Source: an uncultured bacterium
Lineage (GTDB): Bacteria; Hydrothermota; UBA3073; NMUJ01; CBEVQO01
Assembly: GCA_965552055.1 (NCBI GenBank)
Contig: CBEVQO010000003.1
Coordinates: 32,001-96,000 of the forward strand
DNA: 64,000 nt
Direction: 5' to 3'
The notes beneath the pieces were generated by a model, which searched no databases, had not been told where the DNA came from, and saw only the letters and a list, made by a program, of their open reading frames with translations. A program made the translations under genes and the position numbers. Shown in pieces: positions 1-9,359 of this stretch; position 1 is the stretch's first letter; every line of letters begins with the position of its first letter.

Positions 1-233
1 GCACATTTGCCACATGGTTCAAAATCTTTTTTATCTTTATTTTGACAATTTATAGCTTTTGCGAGTATTCTGGCTGTCGTTGTTTTGCCGACCCCCCTTG
101 GACCTGCAAATAAATAGGCATGCGCAACTTTACCGAGTTTTATTGCGTTCTCAAGGGTCTTAACAACATGCTCCTGACCAGTTATTTCACAAAATTTTTG
201 AGGTCTATATTTTAAAGCAAATACTTTATGCAT
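1..233 (-). CDS. dnaX: DNA polymerase III subunit gamma/tau, 5' part (runs off window)
   Basis: Manual translation from ATG 233: MHKVFALKYRPQKFCEITGQEHVVKTLENAIKLGKVAHAYLFAGPRGVGKTTTARILAKAINC, with the KYRP motif and Walker A of DnaX; not in the ORF track. Confidence 0.96.
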   Translation of the reverse strand, partial: MHKVFALKYRPQKFCEITGQEHVVKTLENAIKLGKVAHAYLFAGPRGVGKTTTARILAKAINCQNKDKKDFEPCGKC

Positions 234-239
234 CGGGGA

Positions 240-311
240 TGGAGGTGAGGGGATTCGAACCCCTGACCTCTGGAGTGCGATTCCAGCGCTCTCCCACTGA
301 GCTACACCCCC
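240..311 (-). tRNA. tRNA-Ala(CGC), CCA not encoded
   Basis: Cloverleaf GGGGGTG...CACCTCC-A; G3:U70 pair; anticodon arm CTGGA-AT-CGC-AC-TCCAG; GTTCGAATC T-loop. Confidence 0.95.
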
Positions 312-312
312 A

Positions 313-384
313 TGGGCCCGGTGGGATTCGAACCCACGACTCCTGGATTAAAAATCCAGTACTCTACCGCTGAGTTACGGGCCC
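313..384 (-). tRNA. tRNA-Lys(TTT), CCA not encoded
   Basis: GGGCCCG...CGGGCCC-A; anticodon arm CTGGA-TT-TTT-AA-TCCAG; GTTCGAATC T-loop. Confidence 0.96.
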
Positions 385-391
385 TCTCTTT

Positions 392-418
392 ATTATATCT
401 AAAATACTCAATTGTCAA
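392..418 (-). promoter_or_regulatory. sigma70-like promoter TTGACA-N15-TATAAT for tRNA-Lys/tRNA-Ala/dnaX
   Basis: -35 at 418-413, -10 at 397-392; the tRNA starts 7 nt downstream. Confidence 0.75.
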
Positions 419-430
419 GCTCAAATTTCG

Positions 431-1243
431 TTATTTAATTAAAGGTATCTCCAGTTTTTCTATCATCTTCTCTTCTTTCTTCTTTTTATAAACAGATGGT
501 AATATCATCTCAAATTTTGGTTCAAAACCTTTTAATGTTTCTGCTTCACTTATTATCAGGTAACCCGAAGATATAAGTGCTTCCCAGAATAAATTCAAAA
601 CTCTTATTTTGGCTTCGTCCGAGAAATAAATTAAAACATTACGACAAAAAATAACATCAAAATAATCAGTAAGACCTATCGGGTCAAGTAAATTATGATA
701 TCTGAAATTTATTATTTTCTTGATTTCTTCCTTCACCCAGTAATAATTTTCAACTTTTTCAAAATATTTTAAAAAGAATTGAGGCACTCCTTTTATTTCG
801 CTTTCTTTATATATTCCCAATCTCGCTTTCTTCAATGCCGTTGTATTTATATCTGTTGCAAGGATTTCTATTTTCCCCAATACTTTTCCTTTCAAAATCA
901 TAGCAATGGAATAGGGCTCCTGTCCAGTTGCACAGCCCGCACTCCACACCTTAACCCTCGATTTCAATTTCAATTCGTTTATGATTTTATCAGAGAAATA
1001 CTTAAAACTTACACCTCCTCTAAAAAAGCTTGTTTCTAATACTGTCATCAGGTCTATAAAACGCTGACGCTCACCCTCATCTTCCTGCAATCTCTTATAG
1101 TATTCCTTATATGAATTTAACCCAAGAAATTCCAATCTCTGTTTTAACTTTGTTGAAACAATTTGTATCTGTGACTCACGCAATAAATTCCCTGTTAAAC
1201 TGTGGAAATAATCCTTAAAAAGTCGAAATTCTTCTTTTGTCAT
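431..1243 (-). CDS. cheR: CheR-type protein-glutamate O-methyltransferase
   Basis: ETSFFR, VWSAGCATGQEPYSIA, ATDIN, FDVIFCRNVLIYF motifs; start moved to ATG 1243 to avoid overlap with mgtE. Confidence 0.9.
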   Translation of the reverse strand: MTKEEFRLFKDYFHSLTGNLLRESQIQIVSTKLKQRLEFLGLNSYKEYYKRLQEDEGERQRFIDLMTVLETSFFRGGVSFKYFSDKIINELKLKSRVKVWSAGCATGQEPYSIAMILKGKVLGKIEILATDINTTALKKARLGIYKESEIKGVPQFFLKYFEKVENYYWVKEEIKKIINFRYHNLLDPIGLTDYFDVIFCRNVLIYFSDEAKIRVLNLFWEALISSGYLIISEAETLKGFEPKFEMILPSVYKKKKEEKMIEKLEIPLIK

Positions 1244-1251
1244 TATGTCAT

Positions 1252-2586
1252 TTATTTTAGCAGGTGCCATGCTATTCCGAAATATATTGCCAGAGAAAAA
1301 ATATCAGTTAAAGTTGTGGTTAGAGGACCTGAAGCATGTGCCGGGTCTGTTCCTGCCTTTTTCAGAGCAAAAGGCAGAAATGCTCCCATAACCGTTGCAA
1401 GAGTTATCGTAACACTCATTGTCAAGATTAAGCATAAAAACAATTGGGGAATGCGGATCGAAAAAGATGCCCTTATAGCAAGCAAAACACCGATAAGCGG
1501 TCCGATTATCATACCTATTGCAAGTTCTTTCAGCAAAATTCTAATAAGGTCTCTAAATTCTATAAATCCTGTTGCTAGTCCCCTTATCATTACGGATGCA
1601 GCTTGAGTGCCTGCATTACCTGCGCAACCAGCAACTACCGGCATAAACATCGCCAAAAATGCTTTCTTGCCGATGAAATTCGTAAATTGCTCTATCACAA
1701 AAGTCGAGCCAAAACTCGCAAAGACAAGAACAGTAAGCCATATAGCTCTTGAGCGTGCAATACGCAATATTCCTGCATGAACATAATCATGAGGAAGATT
1801 GCCTGCTGCACCAAATTTGTAAATATCTTCCGTTGCTTCATTCTCCAGTACATCAAGAGCAGTATCTACTTCTACTATGCCTTTTATATGACCCTCTCTA
1901 TCAACTACAGGAATTGCTTCAACATCATATTTTGAGATTAAATGAGCAACTACTTCCTGGTCTGTATCAATATACACCTTTGGTGTTTTTTTCGCCAATC
2001 TTATTAATTTAACCTCTGGAGAAGAGAATAAAAGGTCATGAATCTTTACTGCTCCTATTAACCTGTTATTTCTGTCTACTACAAATATTTTCCAGAATTC
2101 CGATTTTATTTTCTTTTTGCTTTTTCTTAAAATATCAATTGCTTCTTCAACTGTAATATCACCTGGTAATGCCACGAATTCTTTTGTCATTATTCCGCCT
2201 GCACTTTCGGGTTTATACTTCATCAATTCTTTAATCTCTTCAATTAAATCCTCTTCCATAAGCAACTGTAATTCAATCTGTTTGCTCCTTGGTAGCTCCG
2301 AAAATAAGTCCGCAAGTTTCTCACTCGATACATTGTTCAAAATGAAAACTTTTTCTCTCTTATTTAAAACATCAAGTAATTTCTTTTGCTCTGGTATTTC
2401 GAGATTTTCAAAAAGAATCAATTTGTTGTCTTCTGTCAATAAATCGAGTATTTTTCTCATCTCATATTCATCGAGTTCGTCAAAAATTTCAGCAATTTCA
2501 TGAATCGGTGTCTTTTTTATTAACTTTTCAAGTTCTTTAAATTCACCCTTTTCAATAAGTTCTTTTATTTTATTAACTTCCACCAT
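1252..2586 (-). CDS. mgtE: Magnesium transporter MgtE
   Basis: N domain, CBS pair (SAGGIMTKEF), TM region with AGNAGTQA and PLTTTLTD motifs. Confidence 0.95.
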   Translation of the reverse strand: MVEVNKIKELIEKGEFKELEKLIKKTPIHEIAEIFDELDEYEMRKILDLLTEDNKLILFENLEIPEQKKLLDVLNKREKVFILNNVSSEKLADLFSELPRSKQIELQLLMEEDLIEEIKELMKYKPESAGGIMTKEFVALPGDITVEEAIDILRKSKKKIKSEFWKIFVVDRNNRLIGAVKIHDLLFSSPEVKLIRLAKKTPKVYIDTDQEVVAHLISKYDVEAIPVVDREGHIKGIVEVDTALDVLENEATEDIYKFGAAGNLPHDYVHAGILRIARSRAIWLTVLVFASFGSTFVIEQFTNFIGKKAFLAMFMPVVAGCAGNAGTQAASVMIRGLATGFIEFRDLIRILLKELAIGMIIGPLIGVLLAIRASFSIRIPQLFLCLILTMSVTITLATVMGAFLPFALKKAGTDPAHASGPLTTTLTDIFSLAIYFGIAWHLLK

Positions 2587-2591
2587 CCTTT

Positions 2592-2638
2592 ATTGTAATC
2601 AAAAATTAAGATTGACAACTAAAAATTTTAATTATTTT
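2592..2638. promoter_or_regulatory. Back-to-back divergent promoters sharing a TTGACAA core
   Basis: + strand: TTGACA 2612-2617, N15, TATTTT 2633-2638, GTG 5 nt later. - strand: TTGTCA 2618-2613, N15, TACAAT 2597-2592, mgtE ATG 5 nt later. Confidence 0.65.
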
Positions 2639-2643
2639 ATGAT

Positions 2644-3180
2644 GTGGAGAGAGTTTGCAAATTGTTTTGCGCTGTAATTTGCAAGAAAGATTATGTAGAA
2701 ATTGCAAAGGAAGAATTACAAAAAGAGTTTGGAGAAATACAATTTGAATCCGAGATTTTTAATTTTTCAGACTACACAGATTACTATGAAGATGAGATGG
2801 GTAAACCATTGCAAAAATTCTGGATATCCTTTAAAGGACTTTTCAAGATGGATGCAAATTCTTTAATATCTTACAAAAAAAGAGCAGAAAAAATTGAAGA
2901 TAAATACAGAGAAAATGGGAAAAGGAAAATAAATATAGACCCCGGGATTATAACATTGTCAAAGTTGATGTTAACGACCCATAAAAATTACTCACACAGG
3001 GTTTATCTGGGGAATGATGTTTTTGTTGAAATAACATTAATTTTTGAAAAAGGTACTTTTTGCCCATTACGCTGGACTTATAAAGATTACATAGACCACA
3101 TCCCGGTATTCAATAAAATGCGCGAAATATTCAGAAAAGAATTAAGAGAAGAAGGAGTGAAATCCGAATATGGCATCTAA
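2644..3180 (+). CDS. DUF4416 family protein
   Basis: TDYYEDEMG, RKINIDPG, HKNYSHRVYL and WTYKDY motifs. Confidence 0.8.
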   Translation: MERVCKLFCAVICKKDYVEIAKEELQKEFGEIQFESEIFNFSDYTDYYEDEMGKPLQKFWISFKGLFKMDANSLISYKKRAEKIEDKYRENGKRKINIDPGIITLSKLMLTTHKNYSHRVYLGNDVFVEITLIFEKGTFCPLRWTYKDYIDHIPVFNKMREIFRKELREEGVKSEYGI

Positions 3181-4735
3181 AATATTGATTCTTGATGAGA
3201 ATTTGGTGAAAAAGATAGCAGCTGGTGAAGTTATTGAGCGTCCTGCATCCTGCATGAAAGAATTAATAGAAAATTCGATAGATGCTGATGCAAAAAATAT
3301 AACTTGTATTTTCAAAAGAAATGGCGTGCCTTTGATAAAAGTTATAGATGACGGTATTGGGATGTCTCCTGAAGATTTGAAATTGTGCATTTTACCACAT
3401 TCTACAAGCAAAATAAAGACGGAAAAAGATCTGGAAAGAATAGCCACTCTTGGGTTCAGGGGAGAGGCATTATCATCGATAAAAGATGTATCAATTTTGG
3501 AAATTACATCGAGGGAAAGAGGCAGTGCACAGGGTTACTACATAAAAGTACTGAACGGAGAAATAGTTGCAGAATATGAAGTAAATTGTCCACAGGGAAC
3601 ACAGGTAAGTGTAAAAAATTTGTTTTACAATGTACCAGTAAAATTGAGGTTTTTAAAATCTGATAGAACGGAAATAAAAGCGATAATTAATACTTTTTTA
3701 AATTATGCGATAGCGTATCCTGAGATAAACTTTAAATTAATCCACGACGACAGAGAAATATATGATTTAAAATCTGCAAAGTTAAAAGAAAGACTGGAAG
3801 ATTTATTTTCCCGCGATTATATTGATAAGATGGTTGCGATAAATTATGAGAAGGATTATTTAAACATTTATGGCTTTATTGCGCGCCCGGACACCGCTTT
3901 AACACCTTATCATGCTTTCTTCTTCGTAAATAGACGACCTTGCTACGATTTGCAGATAAGAAAGATAATATTAGAAATTTATCAGAAAGAAAAAGAAATT
4001 CCCTTTTTTATTTTTGTAAATCTTCCTTATGAGCAGGTTGATGTAAATATTCATCCGAGGAAATACGAAATAAGATTTAAAGAGGAAAATTTTGTCTATA
4101 GAGAAATAAGAAATGCGATTAAAAACGCCCTTGGTTTAAAATTTATATTTTTTGAGCGTAAGGAAGAGGTTGATACTATTCCGGAAAATCCAAGGATTTA
4201 TCAATTGCATAACACTTATATTTTGGTTGAAACAGAAAAAGGCTTTTGGCTTATAGACCAGCATGCAGCCCACGAAAGAATACTTTACGAAAAATATTTA
4301 AAAACAAAAATACCGGTTCAGAGATTGATTTTCCCGATGGTTGTTGAATTGAGTCCTTATGAGTATCAAATTTATGAGATGTATAAAAATGAATTAATTG
4401 ATATGGGCTTTTCGCTTTGTGAATTTGGTAAAAATACAGTGAGGATTGAAGCTGTGCCTTCTGTTTTGTCGGAGTTTGATGAAAAAATTTTTAAAAGTAT
4501 TTTAAATGAATTATCAAACAGTATTAAAGGTAGCGAGCGGTTAAACGAGCTCGCGAAAGTCCTTGCATGCAAATCTGCGATTCAGGCAGGAGATGAACTT
4601 ACTTATGAAGAAATGAAACACTTAATAGAAGAGCTGATGCGTACAGATAGTCCACTATTTTGCCCGCATGGTCGTCCTACAATATGGATGATATCCTTAA
4701 AAGACCTCGATAAAAAGTTTAAGAGGATTGAATAA
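3170..4735 (+). CDS. mutL: DNA mismatch repair endonuclease MutL
   Basis: IAAGEVIERPAS, GFRGEAL, DQHAAHERILYE, ACK and CPHGRP motifs. Confidence 0.97.
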   Translation: MASKILILDENLVKKIAAGEVIERPASCMKELIENSIDADAKNITCIFKRNGVPLIKVIDDGIGMSPEDLKLCILPHSTSKIKTEKDLERIATLGFRGEALSSIKDVSILEITSRERGSAQGYYIKVLNGEIVAEYEVNCPQGTQVSVKNLFYNVPVKLRFLKSDRTEIKAIINTFLNYAIAYPEINFKLIHDDREIYDLKSAKLKERLEDLFSRDYIDKMVAINYEKDYLNIYGFIARPDTALTPYHAFFFVNRRPCYDLQIRKIILEIYQKEKEIPFFIFVNLPYEQVDVNIHPRKYEIRFKEENFVYREIRNAIKNALGLKFIFFERKEEVDTIPENPRIYQLHNTYILVETEKGFWLIDQHAAHERILYEKYLKTKIPVQRLIFPMVVELSPYEYQIYEMYKNELIDMGFSLCEFGKNTVRIEAVPSVLSEFDEKIFKSILNELSNSIKGSERLNELAKVLACKSAIQAGDELTYEEMKHLIEELMRTDSPLFCPHGRPTIWMISLKDLDKKFKRIE

Positions 4736-5750
4736 TATCGATCAGGTCGATGAAAACAGCATAACCTGTTACTTCTCTACCTGCACCTGGTCCCACAATT
4801 GTTACTTTGCCGAGCAAATCTGTTTCTATCGTTAATGCATTTGTTACACCTTTTATGTGTGCGATAGTATCCCATTCGGGTACTTTTTGTGGCTTTACCG
4901 ATGCTGTAACTTTATGGTTCTCGCATTTGACAGAAGCTATCAATTTCCAGTGTTTTTTCTCATCGAGTGCTTCTTTTATCATTTTTGGTGTTATCTTTGT
5001 TATTCCTTCTCTTTCGACATCCTCTACTTTAATATCGGCATCAAGAATCATATTTGCGAGGATTACGGTTTTTGCCACTGCATCCCAGCCTTCAACATCT
5101 GCTGTGGGGTCTGCTTCTGCATATCCAAGGCGTTGTGCTTCTTTTAAAGCTTCTTCATAAGTTTTTCCCGTTTCCATTTCTGTTAAAATAAAATTTGTTG
5201 TGCCATTTACTATCCCATAAATTGAATGAATTTTACATCCTGCTAAATTTTTTTCAATCAGATTTATAACAGGAGTGCCTGCCATTACGGTGCCTTCGAA
5301 TTTTAGTTTTACTCCTTTTTCTTCGGCTAATTTCATAAGTTCTTTTCCTTTAAGGGCAATTGGTCCTTTATTTGTTGTTATGACATTTTTCCCTGTTTCG
5401 AGTGCAGTTTTTATGTGGGATAAACCGGGTTCTCCTGTTTCTATGTTCGTTGGCGTTACTTCGATTATTACATCTGCATTTGATTCTTTTATTGTTTTCA
5501 TCGAATCCCAGCCTTTTTCTCCGCCTTCGTAATCAAAAATATTTCCTTTTTCTCTAACTTCCTTAAGCAATGCATTTAAATTTATTCCATTTTCTTCAAA
5601 TACAGAACCTTTGATGGGGTCGCTTATTGCAACGAGTTTCACATCACATCCGTATTTCTTTTGCAGTTCCCAGTGTTTCCTTTCAAGTATCTCTGCAAAT
5701 CCCTGTCCAACTGTCCCAAACCCTATAAGCGCCAATTTTATTTCTTTCAT
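4719..5750 (-). CDS. hom: Homoserine dehydrogenase (short form, no ACT domain)
   Basis: IGFGTVG, TTNKGPIA, EGTVMAGTP, GIVNGTTNFIL, GYAEADPTADVEG, GPGAG motifs. Confidence 0.93.
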   Translation of the reverse strand: MKEIKLALIGFGTVGQGFAEILERKHWELQKKYGCDVKLVAISDPIKGSVFEENGINLNALLKEVREKGNIFDYEGGEKGWDSMKTIKESNADVIIEVTPTNIETGEPGLSHIKTALETGKNVITTNKGPIALKGKELMKLAEEKGVKLKFEGTVMAGTPVINLIEKNLAGCKIHSIYGIVNGTTNFILTEMETGKTYEEALKEAQRLGYAEADPTADVEGWDAVAKTVILANMILDADIKVEDVEREGITKITPKMIKEALDEKKHWKLIASVKCENHKVTASVKPQKVPEWDTIAHIKGVTNALTIETDLLGKVTIVGPGAGREVTGYAVFIDLIDIIQSS

Positions 5751-5759
5751 ATCACCCTC

Positions 5760-6191
5760 CTAATTCTTGGATATCCATGGGTCATTTTTTATTGATATGA
5801 GTGGCAAAATAACAATATACTTATTTGATTTTATCTTGTGTCTTACATCTTCAAATTTTCTTTTTATATTTTCATGACGCTCTCTCATTTCATTTATCTT
5901 TTCTCTTAATTCTTCTGTTCTTTCAATTACTTTTTTCAATCCTTCTTCATCATCTTTAAATTGCTGTGTTAAATTTTTTAATTTTTCCAGTTCTCTTTCG
6001 AGTGCATCGAATTCTTCTTCAAGTTCCCTTGCTTCTTTTGCTATTTTGAAAAAATCTTTACTTATCCTGTATCCCCAGATTATTGTTTTAAAATCTTTTG
6101 GTTTTATAAAAGTTTCATTAAGAAAAATGAACCACCATGGTAATTTTTCTATTCTTTTATCGAATTTCTGTGAGAATTCTTTTCGGGTCAT
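5760..6191 (-). CDS. Hypothetical coiled-coil protein
   Basis: Charged heptad-rich ORF; start placed at ATG 6191 (MTRKEF) to avoid overlap with the upstream gene. Confidence 0.6.
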   Translation of the reverse strand: MTRKEFSQKFDKRIEKLPWWFIFLNETFIKPKDFKTIIWGYRISKDFFKIAKEARELEEEFDALERELEKLKNLTQQFKDDEEGLKKVIERTEELREKINEMRERHENIKRKFEDVRHKIKSNKYIVILPLISIKNDPWISKN

Positions 6192-6532
6192 GCCCCCCGC
6201 GGTGATAAAAATTAACCAAACTTTGGACCACCGTAATAAATCCAGCTGGCTACAAGTCCCAGGAAAATGAGTATACCCATCCATTTTGCCATAACACCAT
6301 ACGCTTTCTTCTTTCCTTCAGTTTCTGTCTCCGAAATTAAAATACCATGATAGATTGAAAGAATCGCAAATATACCGGAAATTATAAAGAAAGTGACACA
6401 TGCTTTGTAAAATTTCCAATCAGGTGCTTTTGATAAAGTTGCGAAACCCGCCTGCAACCAAAATGTTATTACCGCAATTAGACTCCAAATGAACGCCAGC
6501 ATAGTTCACCTCCCCCTTTACCGCGGGGGGCA
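6191..6532. repeat. Perfect 13-bp inverted repeat TGCCCCCCGCGGT (6191-6203) / ACCGCGGGGGGCA (6520-6532)
   Basis: Read directly; brackets the ORF at 6212-6502. Confidence 0.9.
6212..6502 (-). CDS. Small membrane protein (about 3 TM), unknown function
   Basis: 96 aa, three hydrophobic segments, strong SD GGAGGTG, own promoter. Confidence 0.75.
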   Translation of the reverse strand: MLAFIWSLIAVITFWLQAGFATLSKAPDWKFYKACVTFFIISGIFAILSIYHGILISETETEGKKKAYGVMAKWMGILIFLGLVASWIYYGGPKFG

Positions 6533-6538
6533 CACTAT

Positions 6539-6565
6539 ATTATAATCGAAAAATAAATTTGTCAA
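6539..6565 (-). promoter_or_regulatory. Promoter TTGACA-N15-TATAAT
   Basis: -35 at 6565-6560, -10 at 6544-6539. Confidence 0.75.
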
Positions 6566-7627
6566 TCAAAATTCTACTCCAAGTCCTTTATTTTCTGTGA
6601 TATAATTTTCGCCTTCTTTTGTGATTACACCACCTTCTGCTATATCTTTTTTCAAAAACAAATGCCCATCTAAATCTGCATATTTTACATTTTTTACCGA
6701 TAGTGCAAAATGTGTGCCAGCAGAGACGCCTATCCTTGTCTCAACCATACATCCCACCATGCACGGAATACCTGCTGATTCCGCAATTGATGCAATTTTA
6801 AGGGCTTCGCAAATTCCACCACTTTTCATAAGTTTTATATTTATTACATCGCAACAATTTTCTTTAATAACTTTCAGAGCATCTCTCGCTGTATGCACAC
6901 TTTCATCGAGCATTACTGGTATTCCTATTTTATCCCTTAAAATCCGCAGTTCGTTCAATTGATAGTATGGGAGAGGTTGCTCAAAAAGTTCGATTTCATA
7001 TTTTTCCACTTCTTTTGCAAATTTTACTGCTTCTTTCAGATTATAGCCCTGATTTGCATCAACTCTTATTTTAACATCATAACCTATTGCATCACGCAAT
7101 TCTTTAATTTTTTCGATATCTTCCTTTAAATTTAATCCAACTTTTATTTTCAAAACCTTTGCTCCAAATCTTTTTATAATTTCCTGTGCTTCCTTTATAG
7201 TTTCTTCAATCGACTTTATCCCGATAGTTATGGATGTTGTGATTTTTTCCTTATCTTTACCGAGCAAATCCCTTAAAGGTAGTCCAAAATATTTTGCTTT
7301 TATATCCCATAAAGCAATATCAACCGCACATTTTGCCGATGTGTTGTGTAAAAGCATTTGATTTAAATCATCCATTATTTTTTGTATTTCGAGTGGATTT
7401 TTCCCGATAAGATAATTTTTAAATAGATTTAGCACAGAGCAAACAGTATCTGTAGTTTCGCCTGTTATACGCTCAGATGGTGCTGCTTCGCCTACGCCTT
7501 TAATTCCTTCATCTGTGATGATTTTTAAAAGCACTCCTTCGTGATAATATGATGTGCCGAGAGCAATTTTAAAAGGTGATTCCAGTTCTATTTTGAATTT
7601 TTCCCATTTTACATCAACGATTTTCAT
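6566..7627 (-). CDS. L-Ala-D/L-Glu dipeptide epimerase (enolase superfamily)
   Basis: KIKVG, RVDANQG, EQP, MLDES, NIKLMKSGG, GCMVET, DLDG motifs; start MKIVDV at 7627 overlaps the upstream stop. Confidence 0.88.
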   Translation of the reverse strand: MKIVDVKWEKFKIELESPFKIALGTSYYHEGVLLKIITDEGIKGVGEAAPSERITGETTDTVCSVLNLFKNYLIGKNPLEIQKIMDDLNQMLLHNTSAKCAVDIALWDIKAKYFGLPLRDLLGKDKEKITTSITIGIKSIEETIKEAQEIIKRFGAKVLKIKVGLNLKEDIEKIKELRDAIGYDVKIRVDANQGYNLKEAVKFAKEVEKYEIELFEQPLPYYQLNELRILRDKIGIPVMLDESVHTARDALKVIKENCCDVINIKLMKSGGICEALKIASIAESAGIPCMVGCMVETRIGVSAGTHFALSVKNVKYADLDGHLFLKKDIAEGGVITKEGENYITENKGLGVEF

Positions 7628-8364
7628 TTTATTTCGATTTCCCTTATTTCTTCTATTAACTTTGCAAGTGCATTTATGTGTGCTTCCCACAACTTTTTGC
7701 CTTTTTCCTTTGTTGCTTTCTCTGGATAGCCCATAGCACCTGTATCTGTAACATCTTTTGTTTTGAAGTTCCAGTTTATTCCTGTGCTGAAGCGTAAAAT
7801 TTCTTTTGGATATCTGAAATCTGGGTTTTTAATTTTTTCTTTTCTTACGAGTTCTTCGCGATTATAAAGTGATGTTGATGTTTCTTTTTCGCCTGCATGG
7901 AAATCTTCTTTTTCTTCCGCTATCTCTTCTTTTACTATTTCTCCTGAATCAACGATTACAATCATATTCAATTTATGTCTTATTATTTGAGATGCGCAGG
8001 TTAGGGCTGCTTTATTTCCGCCATGTCCGTTTACAATTATCATTTTTCTTACTCCGTGTTTCTTCAAGCATTCAGCGATTTCTATTACCATATTTTTTAA
8101 AGTATCGGGCGATATCGATATCGTTCCTGCAAAATCGAGGTGATGATATGATACACCGTAGTTTATGGGTGGAAGAATGAGAGGTTTCGGCTCTTTTACT
8201 CTTTCTACTGCCTCTTCGCAGAGCCATAGTGCGTCAAAAGAGTCGGTATCAAGTGGGAGATGTAATGAGTGCTGTTCGCAGCTGCCTACGGGCAAAAGCA
8301 CAATATCACATTTTTTAAGATATTCTTTTATCTCATCCCATGTAAAATGCCCCCAATGTATCAT
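7624..8364 (-). CDS. Creatininase-family amidohydrolase
   Basis: PVGSCEQHSLHLPLDTD, NGHGGN and HAGEKETS motifs. Confidence 0.9.
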   Translation of the reverse strand: MIHWGHFTWDEIKEYLKKCDIVLLPVGSCEQHSLHLPLDTDSFDALWLCEEAVERVKEPKPLILPPINYGVSYHHLDFAGTISISPDTLKNMVIEIAECLKKHGVRKMIIVNGHGGNKAALTCASQIIRHKLNMIVIVDSGEIVKEEIAEEKEDFHAGEKETSTSLYNREELVRKEKIKNPDFRYPKEILRFSTGINWNFKTKDVTDTGAMGYPEKATKEKGKKLWEAHINALAKLIEEIREIEIK

Positions 8365-9359
8365 ATTTTTTCAATATTAAAAAATATATCGATGCCTTCG
8401 GATGACATTTTCCAAATTTTTCTTTCGTCTATCCTTTCTGCAATTGTCTGGTTATTTTGCTTTTTAACATGAAAGATATTAATTTCATCTGCTTCAGTTT
8501 TTTCAATTATCGGGATGAGAAAATAAGGATTGTGGGTTGATATAAAATATTGATTTTCTTTATCGAGCGCAATTATTTCTGCAATATAGTGAGTGTAAGC
8601 AGGGAAAGAATGAGTTTCGGGTTCTTCGAATAAAATGACAGAGTTTTTGTTCGACTTTATTGCCGTTAAGTAAAAAATTAATCTTTTAAATGTGTCAGAA
8701 AGCGAAGAATAAGACAAAATTGCAGGTTCTTCGTTAATATGCAAAATAAAATCGTAAGTAAATTTTTCGTGATTAAAGGCGAATTCTATTTTTTCACTTT
8801 TCATTAATCTTATTAACAAATTTTTTAATTTGGGTGTGATTTTTATAACGCTCCATAAATTGTAGCCCGAAACAGGTAAAAGAAAGTTAACATCTTCAAT
8901 ATGTTCGTATTTTTCAAGTTGTTTAAATCGATATAGCTTGAATTTGGCAAAAGGTTCGGGTAAAAGTGGAGTGTCCCGCGGTTCTCCTGTTAGATTTCCT
9001 TTTATATCGAATGAAAATACATCTTCTTGTTTCTCATTTTGATAAAACTTTATAATGCCTTCTCTTTTTTTAAAACCTAACTCTATTTTAGTATTTTCTA
9101 TTTGGATTACACTGTTCTGAGATACCTCTTTGCCGTAAAAAATTTCGTCAAAAGTGAAAAATCTTACAAATTCTTTCAAAATATCTTTAACGATATTTCT
9201 AAGCATGCGAAAAAATCCATAAAATCCCAATAATCCGATAGCCTCCAGAATGTTGGATTTACCTGTATTTGCTTCTCCAATAAGGATGTTAATTCTACGG
9301 CATTCTAAACTCAATTTTTTTATTGATTTAAAATTTTCAATCGTTATTTCTTTTATCAT
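8361..9359 (-). CDS. ABC-fold ATPase (AAA_15/AAA_21 type)
   Basis: IENFKSI, Walker A GEANTGKS, Walker B ILFEEPETH, H-loop ISTHNP. Confidence 0.85.
   Translation of the reverse strand: MIKEITIENFKSIKKLSLECRRINILIGEANTGKSNILEAIGLLGFYGFFRMLRNIVKDILKEFVRFFTFDEIFYGKEVSQNSVIQIENTKIELGFKKREGIIKFYQNEKQEDVFSFDIKGNLTGEPRDTPLLPEPFAKFKLYRFKQLEKYEHIEDVNFLLPVSGYNLWSVIKITPKLKNLLIRLMKSEKIEFAFNHEKFTYDFILHINEEPAILSYSSLSDTFKRLIFYLTAIKSNKNSVILFEEPETHSFPAYTHYIAEIIALDKENQYFISTHNPYFLIPIIEKTEADEINIFHVKKQNNQTIAERIDERKIWKMSSEGIDIFFNIEKI

Noticed and set aside
240..430. Integrated element at the tRNA genes
   Set aside because: No integrase and no duplicated tRNA 3' end seen in the window
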